Below are positions 9,668 to 18,188 of a stretch of DNA of 64,000 nucleotides, piece by piece. The DNA comes from Alphaproteobacteria bacterium. GTDB taxonomy: Bacteria; Pseudomonadota; Alphaproteobacteria; SHVZ01. Position 1 is the stretch's first letter; every line of letters starts with the position of its first letter. The notes under the pieces are model-generated. The model searched no databases. It saw nothing but the letters and a program-made list of their open reading frames with translations, and was not told the DNA's origin. The position numbers were made by a program, and so were the translations under genes. The stretch spans positions 368-64,367 of the forward strand of contig JBGALV010000012.1 of the NCBI GenBank assembly GCA_044223515.1, written 5' to 3'.

Positions 9668-10435
9668 ATGAACCCGCTCGTCCGGCTGACGGGCGTCGCC
9701 AAGCGTTTCCCCAACGGCACGCTGGCGCTCGACCGCGTCGATCTCGCGATCGAGCAAGGCAGCTTCGTCTCGCTGCTGGGCCCGTCGGGCTGCGGCAAAT
9801 CGACGATCCTCCGCATGATCGCGGGCTTGGTGCAGCCGACGTCGGGCCGCATCGACTGGCCCGGGCTGCCAGAGGCCGCGCGCAATAGCGCGCATCCCGA
9901 GCTGGGATTCGTGTTCCAGGAGCCGACGCTGATGCCCTGGGCATCCGTCGCCGATAACATCCGCCTGCCACTGAAAGTGACCGGCGTGGCGAAGGCCGAC
10001 GCGGACGCACGCATCAGCGAGGCGATCGGCATGGTCGGGCTCGACGGCTTCGCGCATGCCTTCCCGCGCGAGCTTTCCGGCGGCATGAAGATGCGGGTCT
10101 CGATCGCCCGCGCGCTGGTGACGCGCCCGAAGCTGCTGCTGATGGACGAGCCGTTCGCCGCGCTCGACGAGATCACGCGCTTCAAGCTCAACAACGACCT
10201 GCTCGAACTCTGGCAGCGCTTCGGCTGGACGGTGATCTTCGTCACGCACAGCGTCTTCGAGTCGGTCTATCTCTCGAACCGCATCCTGGTGATGTCGGCG
10301 CGTCCCGGGCGCATCGTCGAGGATGTGGCGATATCCGCGCCCTACCCGCGCGACGACCGCTTCCGCGTCTCCGACACGTATGGCGAGCTCTGCCGCGAGG
10401 TCTCGCGCAGCCTGCACCAGGCGATCGCCGCATGA
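9668..10435 (+). CDS. ABC transporter ATP-binding protein (NitT/TauT family)
   Basis: Walker A GPSGCGKST, signature LSGGMKMRVSIARAL, Walker B LLLMDEPF. Confidence 0.9.
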   Translation: MNPLVRLTGVAKRFPNGTLALDRVDLAIEQGSFVSLLGPSGCGKSTILRMIAGLVQPTSGRIDWPGLPEAARNSAHPELGFVFQEPTLMPWASVADNIRLPLKVTGVAKADADARISEAIGMVGLDGFAHAFPRELSGGMKMRVSIARALVTRPKLLLMDEPFAALDEITRFKLNNDLLELWQRFGWTVIFVTHSVFESVYLSNRILVMSARPGRIVEDVAISAPYPRDDRFRVSDTYGELCREVSRSLHQAIAA

Positions 10436-11250
10436 GCGACGAGACGCCGGCCCCCCGCGCGCGCCGCGACTCCTACTGGCTCAAGCTCGGCGCGCCGCTC
10501 GCGATCGGGATCCTGGTGCTGATCGGCTGGGAGGCGATGGTCCGGGTCAACGAGATCCCCTGGTACATCCTGCCGGGGCCGGTCGCGATCGGGCAGACCC
10601 TGGTGCGCGACTGGCACATGCTGTGGCCCTCGCTGGTCAACACGCTGCAGGTCACCGCGCTCGCGCTGGCGGTCGCCATCGTCGGCGGCTTCTCGCTGGC
10701 GATCCTGTTCGCCTCCGCACGCTGGATCGAGCTCAGCCTGTTTCCCTATGCGGTGATCCTGCAGGTGACGCCGATCGTCGCCATCGCGCCTTTGATCATC
10801 GTCTATGTCGACAACCTGACGATCGCGCTGCTGATCTGCGCCTGGATCGTCGCGTTCTTCCCGATCCTTTCCAACACGACGATCGGGCTCAACTCGGCCG
10901 ACCACAACCTGCTCGACCTGATGCGCCTCTACGGTGCCAAGCGTTGGCAGGTGCTGTGGTTCATCCGCATCCCCGGCGCGCTGCCGTTCTTCCTCGGCGG
11001 CCTTCGCATCTCGGGCGGACTCGCGCTCATCGGCGCGATCGTCGCCGAGTTCGTCGCCGGCGGCGCCGGCTCCGGCTCGGGACTCGCCTTCCGCATCCTG
11101 GAGGCGAGCTACCGCCTCGAGATCCCCCGCATGTATGCGGCCCTCTTCCTGATCTCCGCCGCCGGCATCCTGATCTTCCTGTTCTTCACCGGCCTCTCGC
11201 ACCTGCTGCTCAGGCGCTGGCACGAAAGCGCGATCAAGCGCGAGGGCTAG
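10432..11250 (+). CDS. ABC transporter permease (BPD_transp_1)
   Basis: ATGA start/stop overlap with the ATPase. Multi-TM protein. Confidence 0.9.
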   Translation: MSDETPAPRARRDSYWLKLGAPLAIGILVLIGWEAMVRVNEIPWYILPGPVAIGQTLVRDWHMLWPSLVNTLQVTALALAVAIVGGFSLAILFASARWIELSLFPYAVILQVTPIVAIAPLIIVYVDNLTIALLICAWIVAFFPILSNTTIGLNSADHNLLDLMRLYGAKRWQVLWFIRIPGALPFFLGGLRISGGLALIGAIVAEFVAGGAGSGSGLAFRILEASYRLEIPRMYAALFLISAAGILIFLFFTGLSHLLLRRWHESAIKREG

Positions 11251-11902
11251 GCTTCAGGAACCACCGGGCGACGGCGAACGCCGCGAGAGCGCCCACGATC
11301 TGGGCCGCGATGAAGGCCGGCGCGTCGATCGGGCGGATGCCGGCGAAGCTGTCGGTGAGGCTCCGCGCCAAAGTCACCGACGGATTGGCGAACGACGTCG
11401 ACGCGGTGAACCAGTACGCCGCGGTGATGTAGAGCGCCACCGCCGTCGGCACTGCCTCGCTTCGCGCGCGGAGCGTCATCAGGATCGTGACGACCAGGCC
11501 GAAGGTCGCCACCGCCTCGGCAAACCATTGGGATGGGCCGCTGCGAAACTTGACGCCGAGCTCGAGCAGCGGCCGGTCGAACATGAGATGCGCGATCATC
11601 ACGCCGGCGACCGCCCCTGCAACCTGCGCCAGGACGTAGACGATGCCGTCGCGGCCGCCGATCTCGCGCCGCATCAGGAAGACCAGCGTCACCGCCGGAT
11701 TGAAATGCGCGCCGGAGAGCGGGCCGAGCTGCGTGATCAGAACGTAGAGGATGGCACCGGTCGCAAGCGTGTTGCCGAGCAGCGCCAGCGCGACGTTCCC
11801 ACCTGAAAGGGTCTCAGCCATGATGCCGGAGCCGATCACCGTCGCCAGAAGGAAGGCGCTGCCGAGCGCTTCCGCCGCGATGCGACGCGCGAGATCAGGC
11901 AT
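11234..11902 (-). CDS. aqpS: MIP-family aquaglyceroporin (AqpS-like arsenite channel)
   Basis: NPA motif GAHFNPAVT plus second half-helix NPS variant. Directly downstream of arsC on the same strand. Confidence 0.8.
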   Translation of the reverse strand: MPDLARRIAAEALGSAFLLATVIGSGIMAETLSGGNVALALLGNTLATGAILYVLITQLGPLSGAHFNPAVTLVFLMRREIGGRDGIVYVLAQVAGAVAGVMIAHLMFDRPLLELGVKFRSGPSQWFAEAVATFGLVVTILMTLRARSEAVPTAVALYITAAYWFTASTSFANPSVTLARSLTDSFAGIRPIDAPAFIAAQIVGALAAFAVARWFLKPSPRA

Positions 11903-12401
11903 CGGCGGACTGGGCCTTGCCGATCGTGTCGAGTTCGCGCTTGAGCCTCATGCGGTCGAGCTTCGCGATCGGTAGGCTCGTGAACAGGCGGAGCCGGGAC
12001 TGCAGCGCGATCAGCGTGTCGCGGAATGCCTTGCGTCGAACCTCGATCGGCCCTTCGGCCGCGGCCGGATCGGGCAGGCCCCAATGCGCCGTCATCGGGT
12101 GGCCGGGCCACACCGGGCAGGTCTCGGCGGCGGCGTTGTCGCAGACGGTGAAGATGAAATCCATCTTCGGCGCGCCCGGCCGCTCGAACTCGTCCCAGCT
12201 CTTGCTGCGAAGGCCATCGGTCGGGAAACCCTGAACGTTCAGCAGCTCCAGCGCCAACGGATGGACCTCGCCCTTCGGCTGGCTGCCGGCGCTATGCGCG
12301 ACGAAGCGCCCTTCGCCCATGCGGTTGAGCGCGCTCTCGGCGAGGATCGAGCGCGCGGAGTTGCCGGTGCAGAGGAAGAGGACGTGGTGGAGAGTGCTCA
12401 T
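11895..12401 (-). CDS. arsC: Arsenate reductase, LMW-PTPase type (thioredoxin-coupled)
   Basis: P-loop LCTGNSARS plus Cys triad spacing (..CDNAAAETCP..). Confidence 0.9.
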   Translation of the reverse strand: MSTLHHVLFLCTGNSARSILAESALNRMGEGRFVAHSAGSQPKGEVHPLALELLNVQGFPTDGLRSKSWDEFERPGAPKMDFIFTVCDNAAAETCPVWPGHPMTAHWGLPDPAAAEGPIEVRRKAFRDTLIALQSRLRLFTSLPIAKLDRMRLKRELDTIGKAQSADA

Positions 12402-12452
12402 AATCCAATTGTGTCACATTGACATATTCAAATCTATTGATATATTTCTGCC
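12402..12452. promoter_or_regulatory. Divergent arsC/arsR control region: near-consensus sigma70 promoter (TTGACA-N16-TATATT) overlapped by dyads (TGTCA-CAT-TGACA; ATATTCAA-N5-TTGATATAT)
   Basis: AT-rich 51-bp spacer in a ~68% GC genome. The -10 ends 6 nt before the arsR ATG, so the mRNA would be leaderless. Palindromes fit an ArsR operator. Confidence 0.5.
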
Positions 12453-12776
12453 ATGGATCTCAGTTCCCAGCTCAAAGCCCTCGCCGATCCGGCACGGCTC
12501 CGCATCGTCGAGTTCCTGAAGCGCCCTGATGCGAGTTGTTGCGCTTTGCCCGACAAGGTCTGCGCCTGCGACATCGAGCGGCTGGTCGGGCTCTCGCAGC
12601 CCGCGATCAGCCACCACATGAAGATCCTGACCCAGGCGGGCCTGGTCAGCGGCGAGAAGCAGGGCCGCTGGATGTACTACCGCCTGGAGCCCTCGGCCTT
12701 CGCCGAGGTCGTCGCCTTCCTCAATCCCCTCGCGACCCCGCCGGCCGCCACCCCGCCGCGCGCTCGCGCCGCCTGA
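12453..12776 (+). CDS. arsR: ArsR/SmtB-family metalloregulator
   Basis: wHTH with vicinal-cysteine As(III) site (ASCCALPDKVCACDIERL). Divergent from arsC. Confidence 0.9.
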   Translation: MDLSSQLKALADPARLRIVEFLKRPDASCCALPDKVCACDIERLVGLSQPAISHHMKILTQAGLVSGEKQGRWMYYRLEPSAFAEVVAFLNPLATPPAATPPRARAA

Positions 12777-12787
12777 CGGAGCCTCAC

Positions 12788-14239
12788 ATGACTGCCCTCC
12801 CTGTTGCCGTGATCGGCGCCGGTCCGGTCGGCCTTGCCGCCGCAGCACACCTCAAGGAGCGCGGCCTCACGCCGCTCGTGCTCGAAGCCGGCCCGAATGT
12901 CGGCCACACCGTCCGCCAGTGGGCGCATGTGTCGATGTTCTCGCCGTGGGAGTTCACCACCGACAAGGCCGCGCGCCGACTGCTCGAAGCCTCCGGCTGG
13001 ACCGCGCCCGCCGGCAAAGAGGTGCCGACCGGCGGCGAGCTGGTCTCGCGCTACCTGGAGCCTCTGGCGAAGCTGCCGGCGATTGCGCCGCATCTTCGCT
13101 TCGACACGCGCGTCGTCGCCGTCGGCCGCAAGGGCTACGACAAGGTGAAGACGGCGGGCCGCGACGCGACGCCTTTCGTGGTCGAGATCGAGTCCGCCGA
13201 CGGCACGCGCTCGACGGTCGAGGCCTCGGCCGTGATCGACGCATCCGGCACCTGGAACGCGCCGAACCCGGTCGGATCCGGCGGCTTGCCGGTGCCGGGC
13301 GAAGCCGCCTGCGCCGACCGCATCGCGTATGGCATTCCCGACGTGCTCGGCAACGCGCGGGATATCTATCGCGACAAGGCGATCCTGATCGTCGGCAGCG
13401 GCCACTCCGCGCTGAACGCGCTGCTGGAGCTGACCGAGCTTCAGGAAACAGCGCCGGCGACCCGCATCCTCTGGGCGATGCGGCGCGAGCAGGTCGAAAG
13501 CGTCTATGGAGGGGGCGAGGCCGATGCGCTACCCGAGCGCGGCGCGCTCGGTACCCGCGCGCGACGGGCGGTCGCCGACGGCCGCATCGAGGTGCTGTCA
13601 CCGTTCCGCATCTCCGCGCTGGCGATGAAGCCGAACGGCCGCGTCGCGGTCACGGGCGCGCTGCGCGACCACGAGACCACGATCGAGGCCGATCGCATCA
13701 TCGTTGCGACCGGTTTCCGGCCCGACTTCGATTTCCTCCGCGAGATCCGCCTCGACCTCGACCCGTGGCTGGAATCCACGCGCGCTCTGGGCCCGCTGAT
13801 CGATCCGAACCTGCACAGCTGCGGCACCGTGCGCCCGCACGGCGCCAAGGAGCTCGCGCATCCCGAGAAGGACTTCTACATCGCCGGCATGAAGAGCTAC
13901 GGCCGCGCGCCGACCTTCCTGCTCGCGACCGGCCACGAGCAAGTGCGCTCGATCGCGGCGGCACTCGCCGGCGATCACGAAGCCGCGGCCCGCGTCGAGC
14001 TCGAGCTGCCGGAGACCGGCGTATGCAACGTGGCGCCGAAGGTCGGCAAGGTCGCGGCCGAGGAAGCCGGGTGCTGCGGCGGCCCCGCGCCAGCCGAGGC
14101 CGAGGCCTGCTGCGTCGCCGACGTCGAGGCGAAGGCGGCGGGCGAGGCCGGATGTGGCTGCGGCCCGGCATCGACGAAGGTCGTCGAGAAGGTGCGTGTC
14201 AAGGTACCGGCCGGCAGTTCATCCTGCTGCGGCGACTAG
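12788..14239 (+). CDS. FAD/NAD(P)-binding flavoprotein oxidoreductase (ArsO / flavin monooxygenase-like) with Cys-rich C-terminal tail
   Basis: Two Rossmann motifs (VAVIGAGPVG; ILIVGSGHSALNA). C-terminal ~60 aa carry CC, CC, CGCG and SSCCGD. In-frame ATG 12 nt after the arsR stop; ORF-track start 12536 overlaps arsR and is trimmed. Confidence 0.8.
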   Translation: MTALPVAVIGAGPVGLAAAAHLKERGLTPLVLEAGPNVGHTVRQWAHVSMFSPWEFTTDKAARRLLEASGWTAPAGKEVPTGGELVSRYLEPLAKLPAIAPHLRFDTRVVAVGRKGYDKVKTAGRDATPFVVEIESADGTRSTVEASAVIDASGTWNAPNPVGSGGLPVPGEAACADRIAYGIPDVLGNARDIYRDKAILIVGSGHSALNALLELTELQETAPATRILWAMRREQVESVYGGGEADALPERGALGTRARRAVADGRIEVLSPFRISALAMKPNGRVAVTGALRDHETTIEADRIIVATGFRPDFDFLREIRLDLDPWLESTRALGPLIDPNLHSCGTVRPHGAKELAHPEKDFYIAGMKSYGRAPTFLLATGHEQVRSIAAALAGDHEAAARVELELPETGVCNVAPKVGKVAAEEAGCCGGPAPAEAEACCVADVEAKAAGEAGCGCGPASTKVVEKVRVKVPAGSSSCCGD

Positions 14240-14336
14240 GAAGGCCGACCCGCTTGTCCCTGCTCCGCTTCGTCAACCTGGTGGTCATCATCGGCGTCGC
14301 CGTCGCCGTCGTCGCGACCCTGCTCGGTATCCGGCT

Positions 14337-14693
14337 CTAGCGCGTCGTCGTCCCCAGCAGCGGCGGCGAGTCCGGCAGGCCCAGAAGCGTGTCGATCCGC
14401 ATCACCGCCGCGGGCGTCAGCTGGCGGTTGGCGTGGAGCGCCAGGTTCGTGCGGGCGACGCCGATCGCGGTATTGCGCTTGTTCGGATCGGAGATCTTGA
14501 GCGCAATCCGCATCTCGCTTTCGTAAGCGTCGAGATGCTGCTGGATGCGGGCCTGCGGCTGGTTCTGGTCGGCCGCGGCCCGGGCTGGGCTCAGGATGCC
14601 GAGGACGCTCGCCGCGCGCGCGGTATCGCCGGCAGCGAGGGCCGTGTCGGCGACCACGAGCATCAGCGCGACGGCAAGGACGACGCGGATCAT
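14337..14693 (-). CDS. Hypothetical secreted protein
   Basis: Signal peptide MIRVVLAVALMLVVADTALAAG. Immediately downstream of the ECF sigma gene on the same strand. Confidence 0.45.
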   Translation of the reverse strand: MIRVVLAVALMLVVADTALAAGDTARAASVLGILSPARAAADQNQPQARIQQHLDAYESEMRIALKISDPNKRNTAIGVARTNLALHANRQLTPAAVMRIDTLLGLPDSPPLLGTTTR

Positions 14694-14727
14694 CCCGGAT
14701 GAACGCTCTCGCGCCCGCCTCGTTGCG

Positions 14728-15969
14728 CTACCGGAGCGCCTCGCGCCTTTCCTGCAGGAAGCGTCGGACGGCAGGATCGGCTTCGAGCCCGATCGCGCGC
14801 GCATAGGCTTCGTCCGCCTCGGCGATGTTCTTCGCCCGCGCCAGCAGCCCGGCGCGCGCCGCCCAATAGGGCTGATAGTCGTGAAGGCGCGCGTCCTCGG
14901 TCAGCAGATCGAGCGCGGCGAGACCCGCCTCCGCTCCCTCGACCTCGGAAAGCGCGACCGCGCGGTTGATCGCGACGACGGGCGAGTCCGTCATCGCCAT
15001 CAGCGCGTCGTAGAGGGAGACGATCGCCGCCCAGTCGGCATCACCGCCGCGCCGCCGGATGCTGTGCGCGGACTGCACCGCGGCCTCGAGCTGATAGCGG
15101 CCGGGAATCCTGAGTCGGCTCGCCTGGTGCAGAAGCCTCTCGGCCTCGTCGATCATCGCGTGGTTCCAGAGCGCGATGTCCTGCTCGGCAAGCGGCACGT
15201 AAGCGCCTTGGGCCGTTCGGCGCGCGGCGCGGCGCGCCTCCGCATGCAACATCAGCGCGAGCAGCCCGAGCGCCTCCGGCTCGTCGGGCAGCAGCGACGC
15301 GACGAGACGGCCGAGCCAGATCGCTTCCTCCGCGAGGTCGCGGCGACGCGCTTCGGTGCCGGCAGGATCGCTCCAGCCTTCAGCGAAGGCGGCATAGATC
15401 GCATCCAGCACCGCTTCGAGACGCTCCGGCAGGTCAGCGGCATCGGGCACGCGGAACGGAATGCCGGCATCCTTGATCCGCGTCTTCGCACGCACGAGGC
15501 GCTGGCCCATCGCCGCCGGCGAGACCAGGAACGCGGAGCCGATCGCCGCCGCATCGAATCCCAAGATCGTCTGCAGAATCAGCGGCGCGCGCACCGCGGG
15601 ATCGATCGCGGGATGGGCGCAGGCGAACATCAGGCCCAGACGCTCGTCGGGAAAGCGGGTGTCCATCGCGCTCGCTTCCAGCTCTTCGGCGATCAGCCGG
15701 ACATGGGGCTCGGCCTCGTCCGCCGTCTTCCGCCGCCGTGTCGCGTCGATCAGCTTTCGCCGTGCCGACTGCAGCAGCCAGGCGTCGGGATTGTCGGGAA
15801 CGCCCGCCGCCGGCCACGACGCGAGCGCCGAGGCGAAGGCCTCGGCGAGCGCGTCCTCGGACGCGGCGACGTCGCGCGAACGGGCGGCGAGGAAGGCGAC
15901 GAGCTTGCCGTAGCTGCGGCGGGCGACCGCTTCCGCGGTCGCGCGCGCCGTCTCGTCGCCGCCCCTCAT
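14728..15969 (-). CDS. ECF-type RNA polymerase sigma factor with long C-terminal extension (DUF6596/TPR-like)
   Basis: Sigma-70 regions 2 and 4 at the N-terminus, then a ~250-aa extension. 1-nt TGATG overlap with the upstream YciI gene. Confidence 0.85.
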   Translation of the reverse strand: MRGGDETARATAEAVARRSYGKLVAFLAARSRDVAASEDALAEAFASALASWPAAGVPDNPDAWLLQSARRKLIDATRRRKTADEAEPHVRLIAEELEASAMDTRFPDERLGLMFACAHPAIDPAVRAPLILQTILGFDAAAIGSAFLVSPAAMGQRLVRAKTRIKDAGIPFRVPDAADLPERLEAVLDAIYAAFAEGWSDPAGTEARRRDLAEEAIWLGRLVASLLPDEPEALGLLALMLHAEARRAARRTAQGAYVPLAEQDIALWNHAMIDEAERLLHQASRLRIPGRYQLEAAVQSAHSIRRRGGDADWAAIVSLYDALMAMTDSPVVAINRAVALSEVEGAEAGLAALDLLTEDARLHDYQPYWAARAGLLARAKNIAEADEAYARAIGLEADPAVRRFLQERREALR

Positions 15970-16316
15970 CACATTTCCCAGAGCGGCCGCACCTCGATCG
16001 CGCCATGCGAGGCGCCGGGGCACTTCGCCGCCCAGGACAGCGCCTGGTCGAGGTCAGGCACCTCGATCGTGAAATAGCCGCCGAGCTGCTCCTTGGTCTC
16101 GGCGTAGGGGCCGTCGAGCACCTTCGTCTTGCCGTCGGCAACGCGGACGGTGGACGCGGTCGAGACGGGCTTGAGGCGCTCGCCACCGCGCAGGATGCCG
16201 GCCTTCTGCATCGCCTGGGCATAAGCCATGTAGGCGCCGGTGCGCTGCTCGGCCTCGGCCTTGCTCATCTCGGCGTAGTCGGATTCGCGCGTGTGGATCA
16301 GGAGCATGTACTTCAT
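15969..16316 (-). CDS. YciI-like (YCII-related domain) protein
   Basis: 115-aa Dabb-fold pattern (MKYMLLIH..GPY). This family typically pairs with such sigma factors. Confidence 0.85.
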   Translation of the reverse strand: MKYMLLIHTRESDYAEMSKAEAEQRTGAYMAYAQAMQKAGILRGGERLKPVSTASTVRVADGKTKVLDGPYAETKEQLGGYFTIEVPDLDQALSWAAKCPGASHGAIEVRPLWEM

Positions 16317-16410
16317 GTCGGTTCCCTCAAGCTTCGAGGCGGGCTCGATTGCGCCGCCGACACGGTGACGCGCGAGGGCGGGCGGTTTCGACAGCGGTCG
16401 AAAAATTCTT

Positions 16411-16475
16411 ACCCCCTCCCCTGGCGCGAAGCGACGGATCGTACCCCCTCCCTCGTGCGAAGCTCGGGGGAGGGT
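16411..16475. repeat. REP-like palindromic element (CCCCCTCCC..GGGGGAGGG)
   Basis: Intergenic between YciI and Lrp. Member of the window-wide family. Confidence 0.7.
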
Positions 16476-16485
16476 TTTGATGACG

Positions 16486-16974
16486 TTACTCCGCCTGCTC
16501 CTCCGGCAGGTCGTAGCGGAACTCGAACTTCACGGGGTCAAGGACGACCATAGTCCGGAACTTGGCGACGTCGGGGTTCGAGTAGAGGAAGCGGCGGGTG
16601 AAGTTCTCGTAGGCGGCAACGTCGGGCACCTGGACCACGAGCGCGAAGTCGGGATCGCCGGTGACGAAGTAGCATTGCCGGACCACCGGCTCGGCGAGCG
16701 CGGCGCGCTTGAAGTTGTCGATCATGTCGATCCGGTCGCGCTCCATCGTCACCTCGACCAGGGCGGTCATGTACCTGCCGGCATAGGCCGGGTTGAGGAC
16801 CGACACGTCGCCCAGGATCACCCCGCCGTCGCGGAGGCGCCTGACCCGCCGGAGGCAGGCCGGCGGCGAGATCCCGACCGCCTCGGCCAGGTCCTGGTTG
16901 GTCTGCAGGTTGTTCTTCTGGAGCTGCTCCAGAATCCGCCGGTCGGTGGCGTCCAAGTCGATCATGGATTTCAT
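16486..16974 (-). CDS. Lrp/AsnC-family transcriptional regulator
   Basis: HTH plus RAM domain in the C-terminal 162 aa of a 467-aa ORF. The upstream extension is a GC artefact. Confidence 0.9.
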   Translation of the reverse strand: MKSMIDLDATDRRILEQLQKNNLQTNQDLAEAVGISPPACLRRVRRLRDGGVILGDVSVLNPAYAGRYMTALVEVTMERDRIDMIDNFKRAALAEPVVRQCYFVTGDPDFALVVQVPDVAAYENFTRRFLYSNPDVAKFRTMVVLDPVKFEFRYDLPEEQAE

Positions 16975-16985
16975 GGATCGGGAGT

Positions 16986-17002
16986 TTCCGGAATTTCCGG
17001 AA
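16986..17002. promoter_or_regulatory. Tandem palindromic octamers TTCCGGAA-T-TTCCGGAA
   Basis: Perfect repeat in the 84-bp divergent Lrp/dehydratase spacer. Candidate Lrp operator. Confidence 0.4.
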
Positions 17003-17058
17003 CGAAATCCACGCGAATGAGAAATCCGTCGAGCCCCGCCCCCTTCTAGCATCCACGC

Positions 17059-18054
17059 ATGACAGGGGATGTGGCCGCAGGCGTGAAGACGGTGACGGGG
17101 GCGGATGTCGAGGCCGCCGCCAGGCGGCTGGCGCCGCACATGTCCCAGACCCCGCTGATCTTCTCCGCCGCGCTTTCCGACCTTCTCGGCGCCGAGGTCT
17201 GGCTCAAGCTCGAGACCGCCTCCGAGATCGCGAGCTTCAAGCTGCGCGGCGCGCTCAACGCCCTCCTTCTGGCGGGTGCCAAGGACAGCGCGCTCACTTC
17301 CTCCACCGGCAACCACGGCCAGGGCGTCACGCTCGCGGCCAAGCGCCTCGGCATCGGCGCCGACATCTTCGTGCCCGACGATCCGAACCCGGTGAAGGTC
17401 AGGATGATCGAGCTCCTGGGCGGGCGCGTGCATGTCGGCGGCCACGACATCGACGCCGCCAAGGAGCGCGCCTACGCCTACCAGGCGAAGCACGGCGGCA
17501 CCTTCGTCGACGACGGCGAGAACCCCGACCTGATCGCCGGCGCTGGCACCGTCGGCCTGGAGATCGGTCAACAGCTCAAGGACATCGACGTCCTTTACGT
17601 GCCGATGGGATCGGGCTCGCTCGCCAGCGGCACCGCGACCGGCGTGAAGCACGTGCAGCCCAGGATCAAGGTCGTCGCGGTGCAGGCCACCGGCGCGCCG
17701 GCGATGGTCGAGAGCTTCCATGCGAAGCGCGCGATCGAGCGGCCGATCGACACCCGCGCCGACTGCCTGGTCTGCCGGATCCCGGCGGCGCAGGCGCTCT
17801 CGACCCTGATCGCCAACGTCGACGACGCGATGACGGTCTCCGACAAGGAGATGCTGTCGGCGGTGCATACGTATCTGGCGCGCGCCCATGTGCTGATCGA
17901 GCTGGGCTCGGCCGCACCGCTCGCCGCTGCCTACAACCGGCGCGCCGAGACCAGGGGCAAGCGCGTGGTGCTCGTGGTCTCCGGCGCCAACGCGATCCCC
18001 GAGATCATGATCGAGGCGCTGAAGTCCCCGATGCTCGGCGGAGAATTTGCGTGA
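17059..18054 (+). CDS. PLP-dependent threonine/serine dehydratase (fold-type II)
   Basis: PLP-lysine motif SFKLRGALN and glycine-rich loop STGNHGQG. Divergent from Lrp. Confidence 0.85.
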   Translation: MTGDVAAGVKTVTGADVEAAARRLAPHMSQTPLIFSAALSDLLGAEVWLKLETASEIASFKLRGALNALLLAGAKDSALTSSTGNHGQGVTLAAKRLGIGADIFVPDDPNPVKVRMIELLGGRVHVGGHDIDAAKERAYAYQAKHGGTFVDDGENPDLIAGAGTVGLEIGQQLKDIDVLYVPMGSGSLASGTATGVKHVQPRIKVVAVQATGAPAMVESFHAKRAIERPIDTRADCLVCRIPAAQALSTLIANVDDAMTVSDKEMLSAVHTYLARAHVLIELGSAAPLAAAYNRRAETRGKRVVLVVSGANAIPEIMIEALKSPMLGGEFA

Positions 18055-18065
18055 ACAGCCGACAC

Positions 18066-18182
18066 GGCGCCCCCCACCCTAACCCTCCCCCACAGAGGGG
18101 GGAGGGGATACGAGGTGCGGGCGTCGGGCGTCGTGCTCCTTCCCCCCGCGGAGCGTGGGGGAAGGTTGGGATGGGGGGTCTT
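18066..18182. repeat. Composite REP-like element (two inverted units)
   Basis: CGCCCCCCACCCTAACCCTCCCCCACAGAGGGGGGAGGGG followed by CCTTCCCCCCGCGGAGCGTGGGGGAAGGTTGGGATGGGGGG. Confidence 0.75.
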
Positions 18183-18188
18183 CGCCGC

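Noticed and set aside
8524-10417. 573-aa and 338-aa minus-strand ORFs opposite the ABC transporter operon
   Set aside because: No domains and low-complexity RG-rich sequence. They overlap the SBP/ATPase genes, which have canonical motifs.
16486-17889. 467-aa ORF containing the Lrp gene
   Set aside because: Only the C-terminal 162 aa form the Lrp/AsnC fold, with a start codon plus plausible RBS context. The upstream part runs antisense through the dehydratase gene.
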